Shown here piece after piece: positions 27,098 through 37,963 of a stretch of 64,000 nt of DNA. The stretch is from Octopus sinensis. Taxonomy: Eukaryota. The translations under genes and the position numbers were made by a program. The notes under the pieces were generated by a model that was not told the origin of the DNA, did not search any database, and saw only the letters and a list, made by a program, of their open reading frames with translations. Each line of letters starts with the position of its first letter. The stretch's first letter is position 1. Location of the stretch: assembly GCF_006345805.1 (NCBI RefSeq), contig NC_042999.1:148428001-148492000 (forward strand), written 5' to 3'.

Positions 27098-30081
27098 TAC
27101 ACACACATACACACACATACACACACATACATACATATATACATGCACATCATCATCATTTAACGTCCGTTTTCCATGCTGGCATGGGTTGGACGGTTTG
27201 GTTGAGGTCTGGCAAGCCAGGAGGCCACACCAGGCTTCAATCTGATCTGGCACTGTTTCTACAGTGGGACAGGACTAATGGGATCTTTCAACCCTACTTT
27301 TTTTCTGTTCGCTCACCAATTACATGCAGGAGTGGTGGGGGGAGACAGCTTTTGTCATGGGACCAGCACAGGAATAGGTGTCTTGTATGCTGTAAGTGTA
27401 CAGAGCACTGAAATAACCTGACCAAGGAGAGAGACAGAGAGCAATGAGAGAAGGAAGGTTAGAATGAATAGTTGAAAGGAACAAGATTAGAGACAGAGTA
27501 ATTGGAGTGAAAATAGAGGAGAGTAGTAATTGTCCACTTCTGCAATGGCAAAAGTGGACAAACACAAGAGTGATGAATGACAAAAGAAATGTTGCAGGAG
27601 GAAGAGAATGATGATTGCAGTACAGAAACGGTGAAGTTAGAGTGTGTTAGGTACAGGTGTGTTCCATGTAGACTCTTATACACAGACCTAGTGAAAGGTG
27701 AGAGAGAGAGGAATGAAGGATGACAGTAGAGGGTTTTCAATATAGGTAGACCCTGTATCATTCATTGTCATGTTAATGCATGTTGTTCAGTGGCTAGGGT
27801 ATTCAACTCAAGGCTCTGAGTTCAATTCCCAGTGGAACATGGTGTCCCTGAGCAAGACACTTTATTTTCATGTTGCTCCAATCCAACCAGTTAACAAAAG
27901 TAGTACCTGTATTTCAAAGGACCACTCTTGTCACATTCTGTGTCACGCTGAACCATCCTCAGAACTACTTTAAAGGTATGTGCATTTGTGGAGTGCTCAG
28001 TCATTTGCATGTTAATTTCACAAGCAGGCTGTTCCATTGATAAGATCAACTGGAACTCTGGTTGTCATAATCAACAGAGTGCCATTGTCACACAAGCTGA
28101 GCAGGCAGTGAGGAAACAATCATCATCATCATCATCATTTAACGTCCATTTTCCATGCTTGCACGGGTTGGACGGTTCGACCAGGGTCTGGGAAGCCAGG
28201 AGGCCGCACCAGGCTCCAGTCTGATCTGGCAGTGTTTCTACAGTTGGATGCCCTTCCTAACGCCAACCACTCCATGAGTGTAGTGGGTGCTTTTTACGTG
28301 CCACCGGCACAGGTGCCAGGGGAGGCTGGCAGCGGCCACGATCGGTTGGTGCTTTTATGTGCTACCGGCACAGAAGCCAGTCAAGGCGGTGCTGGCAAGA
28401 AGAAGATATACATATATTAGAGAACAGAGTGAAGTAATACCACTCTTTTACCAGCATCTAATGTGTCTCCTTTCATTATGATGTGCGAGCATCAAGACAC
28501 TGCATCAGAGATGTTGGAATCTAATACCCTCTAGCTCTCTCCTTCCTACCAACACTATATTGTTACCAATGTCTCTGTCCATCATAACGCCTGGTTAATA
28601 AGAGGGTGCATTATACCCAAGAAGCCCCACATCAACTTTCACTTTCTCTGCTATAGTACCATCAGTGTCTTTCCATCACCATCTCAACCACTCATTACTC
28701 ATGTCTTCACTTACTAGCTAACATTACCCTTCTATACTCCTAGTATCTGCTACATTTTCATCATGTAGTCACTACTGGTACCTATCATACTCTTATCACC
28801 AACCATTTTACAACTATACATCACTTGCTCTATATATAAGGCAGCGAGCTGGCAGAAACGTTAGCACGCCGGGCGAAATGCGTAGCCATATTTCGTCTGT
28901 CATTACGTTCTGAGTTCAAATTCCAGTGAGGTCAACTTTGCCTTTCATCCTTTCGGGGCCGATAAATAAAGTACCAGTTACGCACTGGGTCGATGTAGTT
29001 GACAATCCCTTTGTCTGTCTTTGTTTGTCCCCTCTATGTTTAGCCCCTTGCAGGCAATAAAGAAATACATACATCACTTGCTCTCTCCCATTACCCTGTG
29101 CCATTAATCTCATTACACTATCAATACTATCTCTTCGATTACTTCTAGCAAGCTCTTTCCCTTTCCTCCCTCCTATTCAAACTGTCAACCTCAATCACGT
29201 CTCCACCTTCATACACTCAATTCTTTCTCTTTCATCCAAATTGTTCTGCAATCTCCCTCATTTCTACTCATTCTTTTAGCCAAATTGCTTTGTAAAATAT
29301 AAGACAATGTAGAATAGTGAAGATTTCCATTTTAATGCTGGTCTCGTGACAAATGCAGCCAGTTCTGTCTGTAAAGCAGTTGCCAAATGAGTTGAGAAGA
29401 GTATGAGATGTTTAAGCACAGTGTTTTTAGCATAGATTATTTGGCATCACTGATTGAATTCAGACTTCTTTGACATCGGGCACTTTTATGTTTCTCTCAT
29501 GTGGTATGGGTTCCTCTCATAATGTCGATCCTTTCCATCTTGGATATATCCAGAACCTAACAGCAATTTCTCACATGGCAGATCTTTGTGGTTTTTGTCA
29601 CGGTTTACAATTTTGTTCCATTTGTTTTCAAGTTTAGTATATGGATTAAGTTTTGTATACTAATTATAAAAATGAACTCTCTTTACTCTTTTACTCAGTC
29701 ATTTGACTGTGGCCATGCTGGAGCACTGCCTTTAGTCAAGCAAATCGACCCCAGGACTTATTCTTTGTAAGCCTAGTACTTATTCTATTGGTCTCTTTTG
29801 CCGAACTGCTAAGTTACAGGGAGGTAAACACACCAGCATCGGTTGTCAAGTGATGTTGGGGGGACAAACACAGACACACAAACATATACACACACATACA
29901 TACATACATATATATATACATATATACAACAGGCTTCTTTCAGTTTCCATCTACTAAATCCACTCACAAAGCTTTGGTCAGCCTGAGGCTATAGTAGAAG
30001 ACACTTGTCCAAGGGACTGAACCTGGAACCATGTGGTTGATAAGCAAGCTACTTACTACAAAGCCACTCCTGCACTTTGTT

Positions 30082-30136
<55 letters not shown>

Positions 30137-33100
30137 TAAATATAAAGAAACCCTTGTTAATTATATGTATATATAGGATATGCAAGTTAGGCAGGTCAAT
30201 ATACAAAGAAGATTAAATACATTAAATATCAAAAAAGAAAAAAAGTATATATGTTTACATGTAAAAAGGTCCAACTTACACAGGAGAGAAATGATATCAA
30301 GAATTAAGGGGTTCCTCAAATAATGGCAATTCCCTTTCTCACTATTTCAACCATTAATTTTATAGCCTTCATACAAACTAACACAAAGGTCACCATTCAC
30401 ATACTAAACCACTCTCCACTTTTCCTCCTACTTTATACTTCTAGTACTATAACTCCCTACCAGCATTCTTATTAACCCCTAACCCTTGAAATTTATTTTC
30501 TCCCCCTCACTATTCTCTATCTGAATACTTCCCCAATTCCCCCTCTTCACAAAATCATCCCATTTTAATCTGTTTTCTGTCAACACCTCAAATGGAAAAT
30601 TTCTTCCCTGAAGACAGAGGCTCATATTGTCCAAAGATGGAATCAATTTACAAATTTAAAGGCGGCGAGCTGACAGAAACGTTAGCACGCCTGGCAAAAT
30701 GCCTTGCAGTATTTCGTCTGCCGTTATGTTCTGAGTTCAAATTCCGCCAAGGTCGACTTTGCCTTTCATCCTTTCAGGGTCAATAAATTAAGTACCAGTT
30801 ACGCACTGGGGTAGATATAATCGACTTAATCGGTTTGTCTGTCCTTATTTGTCCTCTCTGTGTTTAGCCCCTTGTGGGTAGTAAAGAAATAGGAATCAAT
30901 TTACAATCATTATTTTGGACCACTCAGCCAGCAGAAACAGCTCCTGGATTTGTAATATCTTCTTCAAACCCATTAATATTTCTATTCTTTGTAAGTGGGA
31001 CCTTTTTATATGTAAACATATATACTTCTTTTGTATTAAATATTCTTTGTACATCAACCTGCCTAATTTGCTTACCCTTAAATTTACTTCTCTACCCATT
31101 CAAATTTAAACCTCTTGAGCACTAAGTGTAGTCTATACGGAAAATATCTAGTTCTCGTCTATGAGCTATACATACATACTGTGGCAGAGTGGCTAGGTTT
31201 CCAGCTTGCCCGATGGCAAGTGGGCCCCTACACCATTAGAATCCATATATGGTGGGGCAGGGCATGTTAGTATCTAAGGGGTCCATCCCCTCAAGTTTGA
31301 AAATTTTTATTCACTCCTGGCAGAATGCATTAATTATTTCAGCCTGGCTGTGTTTGTAGACAATTGAAAAGAATACTTTTAACAAAACAAAAAAAAAATT
31401 AAATGATAGCATTGTAGTTTCAAGTGGGCCCCCTTAGTCTCCTGGCAACCAATACTTTTAGACCCAGTCTGCCACTGCATACATATATACACACACATAC
31501 ATATATATATACACATACACACACACATACACATATATACACACATACACATATATACACACATACACACATATACACATATATATATATATAAGTATTA
31601 GCCATGCAAATTCCTCAGAAAATTAACTTAAAAGTACAAAGTGAGATAGGGGTTATGAGTGTAACCCACTATGGGATATCAGTTATCCAATATACTGCCA
31701 GTGAAGTACCCAAAAGGCTAATACATAAATGCTTACAATTGCAATGCAATTAGTTCATTGATTGTATTAGATGGGTGAAGGAAAATGTTTTACCTCAAAT
31801 CATAATACAAATAAGAAAATGGAGGAACAGATTCCTTTCAATCATCAACTTACAGATAATACCAATTCATATAATTTATTAACTAATTAAATAGGATCAT
31901 CCAAATCCAACAGAATAAAATAGAATAAAAAAATACGTAAGATAATACCATAAAAATATTACATATAAAATGGATCTTACAGCTGTTTCAGCCTGTAGAT
32001 AAAGGTATCTCATTGTGCCTATATTAGTCAAATGTATTGAGGTAATATGCAGTTAAAAATGAGTTACTTATATATATATCTCAAGGCCTCGTCAGAGATT
32101 ATAAAGTACAATTATGAAAATATAAAATGCAAATATAAATATGAAACAAAATACACATACACAAGAATATATTCAAGAATATGTAAATATATATACATAT
32201 ATATATAAGTGTACATACATATATATATACATATATATAAGTATATATATAATAATATACATACACATAAGGTTACAGATAATCAAATATATATACTGGA
32301 GTATACATATATATCCACATCAACATGTGAACTGCTGTAAGATCCATTTTATATGTAATATTTTTATGGTATTATCTTACATATTGATGTATATTGTTTT
32401 AATATGTTTTATTCTGTTGGATTTGGATGATCCTATTTAATTAGTTAATAAATTATATGAATTGGTATTATCTGTAAATTGATGATTGAAAGGAATCTGT
32501 TCCTCCATTTTCTTATTTGTATTATATATATATATATATATATATAATTAATTAAGGGTAGAAATTGATATTTATCAATTAAGACCAGTGGTCTAGCATA
32601 TTAAAAAAGAATCCGAAGATTAAAATATTTATATATACCAATTAAGGACTGAACACGAAAAGTGGACAGTCAACATGCTAGATATAGACGTCAAATCGCC
32701 ATTCACCACAAAAGATTATGTTCTCAGATCAAACTCAACACAAAACCATAGCAATAAACAAGTGAAAAATATACGAAATTATTTTATTTCGTATATTTTT
32801 CACTTGTTTATTGCTATGGTTTTGTGTTGAGTTTGATCTGAGAACATAATCTTTTGTGGTGAATGGCGATTTGACGTCTATATCTAGCATGTTGACTGTC
32901 CACTTTTCGTGTTCAGTCCTTAATTGGTATATATATATATATATATATATTTTCTTTCTTTCTGGGTCTGACCGTGGTCCGTGCAACATCGATATTCTTC
33001 CCAGTGTTTGTGAAATATTTGTATTTCTGCCTTAAAGCTTCATTTCCACACGCGCCAGCTTAATTCAATTCATCCTTAGTCGAAAGACACCTGTTATTAT

Positions 33101-34087
33101 ATACTGTTATTATTTTTATTGTATTTATATTTCTGTAACATTGTCTGTTTTTTTTCCATCCACATTAATCCATAAGGACCATAGGGCTGGTTTCCTTGTT
33201 TCTCTGGCATATAATTTCCTCCTTACATGGGATGCCAATCAATCACAGGATTACTCATTTTACCAGCTGAGTAAACCAGAGCAGCAGGAAATAAAGTGTT
33301 TTCCTCAAGAACACAATACATTGCCCAGTCCGGGAACTGAAACCAGAGTTTTATAAATCAGAAGTCCAACAGCCTAATAACCACTAGTACATCCACAATT
33401 TCCTCTACTGCCATTGTTTTATTGTCTAGTCTCATTTTAAACTCAATATTTCTGTAGTAAGTCAAGAAGGCTATTTCATTACAATCACTCAACTTGCAAG
33501 AAATATCAGCCAAATCTGTCTCAGATCATAACCTGTGAGGGGATGAGCATGACTGGAGCACATTTGATTGTTATGCTTTATCAGAATTGAACTGGGACTA
33601 AACAATGCAAGGTTCCTGCAATGAGCCAAAGCAAGCCAACCTGATAGAAATATTTGCTGAATCACCGTCCAGTCACACAGAAACATCTTAAAAAAGTAAG
33701 AGAATATTGGATAATGTAACTTTAGACCATTTCTGTGCTTGAAATTAAAGACAGGGACGATCATAGCTGGAATGCCTTTGTTCAAAGGTCTATTTGATTA
33801 GGGCTTCCCCAAGACTAAACAATAACATATATGAAAATAAGAAGAAAGTAATGAAACATAGCCATACCTCAATTAATTTATATAAATTTTTAAAATAATT
33901 CTTAGCATCCAATGAAATTTGTTTATTTTTAAATTGTATATGGTAATGTATTATTTCTGATTGATGATACACACTTAAAGAATATTCTCCAATGTTTGTT
34001 TTACTTTCTCGTATCAAAAAAGAACCATCAATGTTTTCTTTTAAGATTCCTTCTGCTTCCTGTCGAGTTATATTACCATGAAACCAT
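525..34087 (-). CDS. CSK: Partial multi-exon gene: divergent Csk-family non-receptor tyrosine kinase (SH2 + kinase); 3' end outside the window
   Basis: Six exons join in frame with GT-AG sites and matching phases (2,0,1,2,2,0,0). The product aligns by eye with Csk: WFHG...[37 protein letters not shown]. Orthologue versus paralogue is not resolved. Confidence 0.9.
1650..2230 (+). mobile_element. Old L2/Crack-like LINE relic (similar pyrimidine-rich relics near 15620-16000, 27400-27760, 28500-29290, 30330-30600)
   Basis: Recurrent CT-rich degenerate sequence with no intact motifs. Confidence 0.3.
2807..3198 (+). mobile_element. tRNA-derived SINE family A (other copies near 6706, 8706-9340, 29690-30072, 44820-45220, 51295-51757, 61740-62100)
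   Basis: A box tggctgtgtgg, B box gggttcagtccc, CORE-like ccttgggcaagtg, an internal (AT)/(GT) microsatellite and an (AGTAAAAG)n tail. Confidence 0.85.
3215..3314 (-). CDS. CSK: Catalytic-loop exon (100 nt): [33 protein letters not shown]
   Basis: Acceptor ctgtag|T GAT and donor AAG|gtaagt. Lies within ORF 3167..3379. Confidence 0.93.
4910..6390 (+). mobile_element. Two adjacent decayed RTE-clade LINE fragments (RT N-terminal piece, then endonuclease/linker piece)
   Basis: ORFs 5227 (LDQVMKV...EMQF.F), 5433 (FNGHV...[24 protein letters not shown]) and 5693 (RRVWKLKDP), with many stops. Confidence 0.85.
7062..7220 (-). CDS. CSK: Kinase subdomains IV-VIa exon (159 nt): [52 protein letters not shown]
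   Basis: Acceptor ttttgcag|T and donor TT|gtaaga. Contains the Csk hallmark YLRSRGR. Confidence 0.92.
7825..8150 (+). mobile_element. tRNA-derived SINE family C (other copies near 835-1150, 27780-28085, 60027-60332; related heads at 33170, 39120, 52500)
   Basis: tagtggtt A box, gagttcaattccc B box and cctt.agcaagacactttatttcac core. Confidence 0.8.
10088..10310 (+). mobile_element. piggyBac-type MITE
   Basis: TTAA|CCCTTT...AAAGGG|TTAA (TSDs 10084-10087 and 10311-10314). Related copies at 62489-62708 and about 49748-49955. Confidence 0.8.
11537..12575 (+). mobile_element. Internally deleted mariner element interrupted by an RTE 3' fragment (about 12035-12215)
   Basis: TA-flanked TIRs caaggggtactc.../...gatacctccttg. 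HTH remnant [13 protein letters not shown]...VYMWF...[11 protein letters not shown] and C-terminal NGEYFEGD. Confidence 0.75.
16037..16136 (-). CDS. CSK: Kinase subdomains I-III exon (100 nt): [34 protein letters not shown]
   Basis: Acceptor catacatag|AA and donor AC|gtaagg. Contains the VAVK lysine and the alphaC Glu (QEA). Confidence 0.92.
16892..17600 (-). mobile_element. 5'-truncated CR1-type LINE
   Basis: ORF 17008..17601 ([19 protein letters not shown]...LE.VQRRAT), followed by a 3' UTR and (TTA)n tail. Confidence 0.9.
18745..18930 (-). mobile_element. Penelope-like element GIY-YIG endonuclease remnant
   Basis: ORF 18700..18996: YIC...TFKQ...N..SSFR.PERRY..SLA.HVWQLKD.GIP..ISW.ILEK..PY, typical of the PLE GIY-YIG region. 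Confidence 0.75.
18996..19730 (+). mobile_element. Gypsy LTR retrotransposon integrase remnant with polypurine tract
   Basis: [30 protein letters not shown]...[16 protein letters not shown] (about 19023-19190) and a C-terminal FKVGERVY...[11 protein letters not shown] aaaaggagaaa ends at 19730. Confidence 0.88.
19731..20001 (+). mobile_element. 3' LTR of the Gypsy element
   Basis: Starts TGTTGT right after the PPT and ends ACAACA (inverted terminal hexamers). Confidence 0.7.
20051..22577 (-). mobile_element. IR/DR-type Tc1 transposon (DD34E), inactive, with a nested CR1
   Basis: TIRs of about 230 bp (20051-20280 and 22350-22577), TA-flanked, with inner and outer direct repeats (a.tatgtac). 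Transposase pieces in ORFs 20839..21084 and 20385..20741 (QHDNDPKH...PDLNPIE). Confidence 0.9.
21431..22355 (-). mobile_element. 5'-truncated CR1-type LINE inserted in the Tc1
   Basis: ORFs 21895..22416 (KYADDIKLY) and 21486..21959; (TTA)n tail at 21431-21463. Confidence 0.92.
22690..23400 (+). mobile_element. RTE LINE 3' fragment
   Basis: [22 protein letters not shown] and [17 protein letters not shown], followed by the RTE 3' UTR. Confidence 0.85.
24200..24800 (-). mobile_element. Decayed RTE LINE C-terminal fragment of a second family
   Basis: ORF 24435..24743: [23 protein letters not shown]...[10 protein letters not shown]. Confidence 0.7.
25130..26100 (-). mobile_element. RTE LINE 3' fragment including the PHD-like finger
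   Basis: ORFs 25833..26147, 25721..25924 and 25443..25661 match the 40660 copy. Confidence 0.85.
26522..26773. mobile_element. mariner-derived MITE
   Basis: TA-flanked TIRs ttggattggtgcataatta / tgattatgcaccaacccaa of Hsmar1/MADE1 type. Minus-strand remnant [12 protein letters not shown]. Confidence 0.8.
26790..26940 (-). CDS. CSK: SH2-kinase linker and Gly-loop exon (151 nt): [50 protein letters not shown]
   Basis: Acceptor cattttag|TAT and donor AGT G|gtaagt. Phase 0 in and phase 1 out match both neighbours. Corresponds to Csk HY...LIKP...GW.L....L.....IGKGEFG. Too short for the ORF track. Confidence 0.85.
28840..29066 (+). mobile_element. tRNA-derived SINE family B (other copies near 3520, 13003-13890, 26290-26500, 30660-30893, 47700-47905, 56070-56692)
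   Basis: ggc.gcgagctggcagaa head, gagttcaaattcc B box and a conserved gcctttcatcctttcggggtcgataaa core. Confidence 0.85.
31180..31477. mobile_element. Decayed hAT-like MITE
   Basis: gtggcaga.../...tctgccactg termini and subterminal gggccc motifs. Confidence 0.35.
31802..32526 (-). mobile_element. Fold-back, Penelope-terminus-like element with hammerhead
   Basis: Imperfect inverted arms at about 31802-31985 and 32333-32526. The right arm abuts (TA)n, and the left side carries the hammerhead on the minus strand. Confidence 0.65.
31974..32099 (-). ncRNA. Type I hammerhead ribozyme motif with an extended stem II
   Basis: Minus strand reads atct-CTGACGA-ggcct...(about 90 nt)...aggct-GAAAC-agct-GTA-agat. 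Stem I is 4 bp, stem II is closed by G-U, stem III is the palindrome acagctgt, and the cleavage triplet is GUA. Confidence 0.7.
32546..32935. repeat. Perfect 150-bp-arm palindrome with a one-sided extension between (TA)n tracts
   Basis: Arms 32630-32779 and 32786-32935 are exact reverse complements by my comparison, with a 6-nt loop tatttt. Confidence 0.9.
33868..34087 (-). CDS. CSK: SH2 exon (220 nt): [73 protein letters not shown]
   Basis: Acceptor tttttcag|A TGG at 34088 and donor GAG|gtatgg at 33867. Lies within ORF 33790..34113 and carries the FLxRES signature. Confidence 0.93.
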
Positions 34088-36296
34088 CTGAAAAATACAA
34101 AGAAAAATATCAAGAAAAATGTTGGGATTTTTTCTTATTTAAATGGATAATTTTTATATGGTAGCTAGCTCCAGCATGGCCGCCGTCAAATGACTGAAAC
34201 AAGTAAAAGAGTACTTGTTCTGACTTCTATTATAATTCCATTCCCAACTAGGATTGTTTACAGGACTATTAATGTAACACCAGAAAGAATTACAAAAAAA
34301 AGCAATATTCATTTCAGGAGGATTTGAATTTAGAATATAAAGGGCTGTAACTAAATACCAAGTGGCTTTTAATTCCATTCAGCCACTGATGAGAACTCAA
34401 CAAGCTGTGGCTTTTTTCTATACTGGTTGTAGGCCTAGCTGACTTGGTTGGGATGCTTACATATTTGGATGATTAGCTTTGGGTGTCAGTACCTAGGTAG
34501 AATTTGAATTTAAAGTGCAAATCAACTGCAACAGACATTGCAAAGTATCTCATCTGATGCCCTAGTGATCTGTAAGCCCATAGCTTTAAACAGGTGTTTT
34601 ATAGATCAACCTTCAAAGGACAAAAGGTAAAATTGACCTTGACAGTGTTTGAATACAACAAAGAGAGCTGGAATGGATATTTTGAGTCACTCTATCCAAC
34701 CTTTCATTTTCAAACCTGACGCTAACAAGCCCTTAAAGAGAATTAAAAGAAGACACAGCCACGTTAGCAACTGGAAAATTATTATCCCTCCCACCAATAC
34801 TTCACATCCCACTCAAAAGAAAAAAGAAGAGGTGGCATTTCATGATATCCCATCCACTGCAATGAAAGATCCATTGTCTGTTTGCCATTACAAGGCCTTA
34901 TAAGTCCTGACTTGTGCTGGACGTGTATTATAGCAAAAGGAAAACAATAGTGGAGAACCAGACTTAATCTCTCGTCTTTAACTTCCTGGAGTAGTGCAAG
35001 CAGAGCCAAGACACCTGAAAGTAAATCAGGGATGCAGTAGGACAGCCAGAGTGATTTATGTTTCACATTATCTCAATGTTGCTGGATATTACCATTTTAC
35101 CCATAAACACACACACACTACCACAACTTCACTCTTCTAATGTGTAGGTGACAAGATATTAAAGATTTTAACAAAAAAAGTTTAAAGCTCATCCACCTTA
35201 TCAATGTCATTTGTTTGTGCTGAACATAGTGCACTGTTACAGAAAATAGCATATGGAGTTACAGGTGAGAGGTGGGGGCCATTGGTTGATAAACTATGGA
35301 AGTGGTAGTATTTAATTGTTGAAGCTGTAGTGAGGCACAAAGAAGCCAGCGTCATTTTGAAATAGCGAGATCTCGCCTGCAACCATTATTTAAGGAAAAA
35401 AAACAACATTTCTCTCTCATTCTTCTCATGCTGACACCAAGCAAGACTTCGAAGCCAGGAGCTCACAGCAGACTTTTGTCCCGCTGTGATACCACGTGCA
35501 TTGTCTCCAGAGGTTATTGAACCTCATGTGTATGGGAGAGAAGGTTAACTACGCACTGCTGTGAAGACGGTTACTGAAAGCAAACCCCTTGTACAAAGCA
35601 CCTGTGAATAAACGGTTATTGAATTTACTCCGTCTGAGAACCTCATTCTTCCTATTTCCAGCTCCTTGAATCAACAGAATAATTATAATAGAAGATATAT
35701 GTACCACCTAACTGGCCCTCGTGCCGGTGGCACGTAAAAACTCCCACTACACTCTCGGAGTGGTTGGCATTAGGAAGGGCATCCAGCTGTAGAAACTCTG
35801 CCAGATCAGATTGGAGTCTGGTTCGCCAGACCTCAGTCAAATCGTCCAACCCATGCTAGCATGGAAAGCGGACGTTAAATGGTGATGATGATGATGATGA
35901 TGATACCCCAAAAGTATCATAAAAACCTTCCCTCCATTTATAAAGCATTTGATAACAGTAATAACAATCAAAGAATTTGCCAGCAAAATCTTATAAAATG
36001 ACAATGTTCTAAAAGATGTACATGATAAATAAAGGTTTTTAGTTAAATGTTCATTTTGAGACGATTAAATAAACATCGGTTATCCTGCCACCTTTCATAC
36101 TGATTTTTTAATTTTCCTTTCTTTTATAATTTAATTTTTTTTTATTCCATAAAAATAAAGAAAATGTAAATCAAAGCAGGCTGTATTTAGTACAATTAAG
36201 AGGTTATTTGCTTAAAGGTAATCCGGTTCTGACCTCACTACACAGTACGAGAATGCTTTTACCCTCCAGCCTTTTACACTTACGTTGAGATCTTAC

Positions 36297-36314
36297 CGGG
36301 AAGTATTGATGCGT
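36297..36314 (-). CDS. Candidate 18-nt frame-preserving microexon (R-RINTS-R); an alternative donor gives a 31-nt form ending at 36284
   Basis: Pyrimidine tract tttttttctctaaaag| at 36315, with donors CG|gtaaga (36296) and AC|gtaagt (36283). Confidence 0.28.
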
Positions 36315-37264
36315 CTTTTAGAGAAAAAAAATACAAAAGTTAAGAAAATAACGTATATAGCCTAATGCGCACCTGAATATAAGTATAGAAAGAACTTTAG
36401 GTATTCATGAAAACTATTCACTGCAACACTAAGCCATTTCAAAACTCACAGCAACTACTAAAAAGTTAGAACAGGGCTGGCGAACCCAATCACAACTGCC
36501 CCATTCAGTATTTGTGTTACTGTTGTTTGGCTCAGCCCTGATCAAACATATTTATCAACGAAAGACATTCCAACTGAAGTAAACCTGTCTTTTTGTATTT
36601 TTCAGACAGTTATTCATAAAATTACATAATCGAATGAGTTCTCCCCTTCTTTTGAAAACGGCAGAGTTTAATTTGAGGGATTTGTTTGTTGTTTCTTGCA
36701 GGTGAAATGACCACGTAGAGCCTCTTTCGTTAGCTCACAAGTTGCAGACGTATTTATAAGGGCGTAGACATATGGAGAACGGAATGTACCTGACTTATCT
36801 CAAGTTTTATTCATATACATAGTCACTTCTTTTTATAATGAAGCCCCCACCAATGTTGTCTAATCACAGCGGATTTATCACGATCAATAAAAACTTCCGT
36901 CTTTCATATATTTTTGTTTGACTTTTTTCAGAATTAATGTATTTCTAACTACATTATTTATCCTTCTTTTTTTAAAACTGTCTCGGGTGATTTAAGGGAT
37001 AGTTATTATTTCCAAGAAATTAAGCGACTGAGAAGAGATATCTCACACAAACATTAATTTAGTAGGTGGGTGCATATATACGAAGGTGGTTTTTCTGCAG
37101 GTGTGTGTTAAAGTGTTCACACAAGACACATGTATAAGGTAAAAGTGAAATTAACAATGTATACGTATGTATGTTATATATATATATATATAATATATAT
37201 ATTATTATATATGTGTGTGTGTGTGTGTTTTGACATATTAAAGTCACGGAAAGTCATAACTTAC

Positions 37265-37305
37265 CTCCAATCTTTCAAAGCATCCAGTTGTGTCATGATT
37301 TCTCT
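37265..37305 (-). CDS. Candidate N-terminal exon of the kinase: (REI)MTQLDALKDW-R
   Basis: ATG at 37296 with A at -3, and a strong donor AG|gtaagt at 37264. Phase 2 fits the SH2 exon directly. A possible acceptor ttttag| lies at 37306. No homology support. Confidence 0.45.
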
Positions 37306-37554
37306 CTAAAACTGTTGCTCGAATTTATTCGAAGAGAAAAGAAAAGTTATTAAAATGCAGAGATAAGCGATTTAAAAAAAAAGGCACTCTCTTTGACGTC
37401 GTTAATAAAACTATTCAGTCATACTGGAATTGTAGTTAATAAATATATGTAACCTGGAGAAACTATAACAAGGTAACTGCAGATTAAATGGCAAAACAGT
37501 CATCTCTGTCCCTCTCTCTCTCTCTCTCTCCCCCCACAGTATGCGTGTTTAAGT

Positions 37555-37728
37555 ATGTATAGATATATGTAAATGCGCGCGCATATGTGTGTATATATAT
37601 ACTTACATATATATATATGTGTGTATATATATATACTTACATATATATATGTGTGTGTGTGTGGATATATAAGTATGTATCTGTATATATATGTTTATAT
37701 GTGCACATATATATACTTACATATATAA

Positions 37729-37763
<35 letters not shown>

Positions 37764-37850
37764 TATACATACTTATATATCCACACACACATACATACAT
37801 ACATACATACATACATACATGCATACATACATATATACATACATATATGG
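37555..37850. repeat. Compound (AT)/(GT)/(ACAT) microsatellite; similar tracts near 27020-27140, 31480-31590, 47420-47480, 51505-51595, 52050-52085, 55640-55865
   Basis: Direct inspection. These tracts produce the low-complexity ORFs in the track. Confidence 0.95.
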
Positions 37851-37963
37851 GGTGCGGGCAAAATGAGGCGTTTTTATTGAATTTTCTTTGTAAAAAAAAT
37901 ATATATCTTAAAGATATATATTTTTTTTACAAATGTTCACTACTTTACAAAAACTATATCAGC

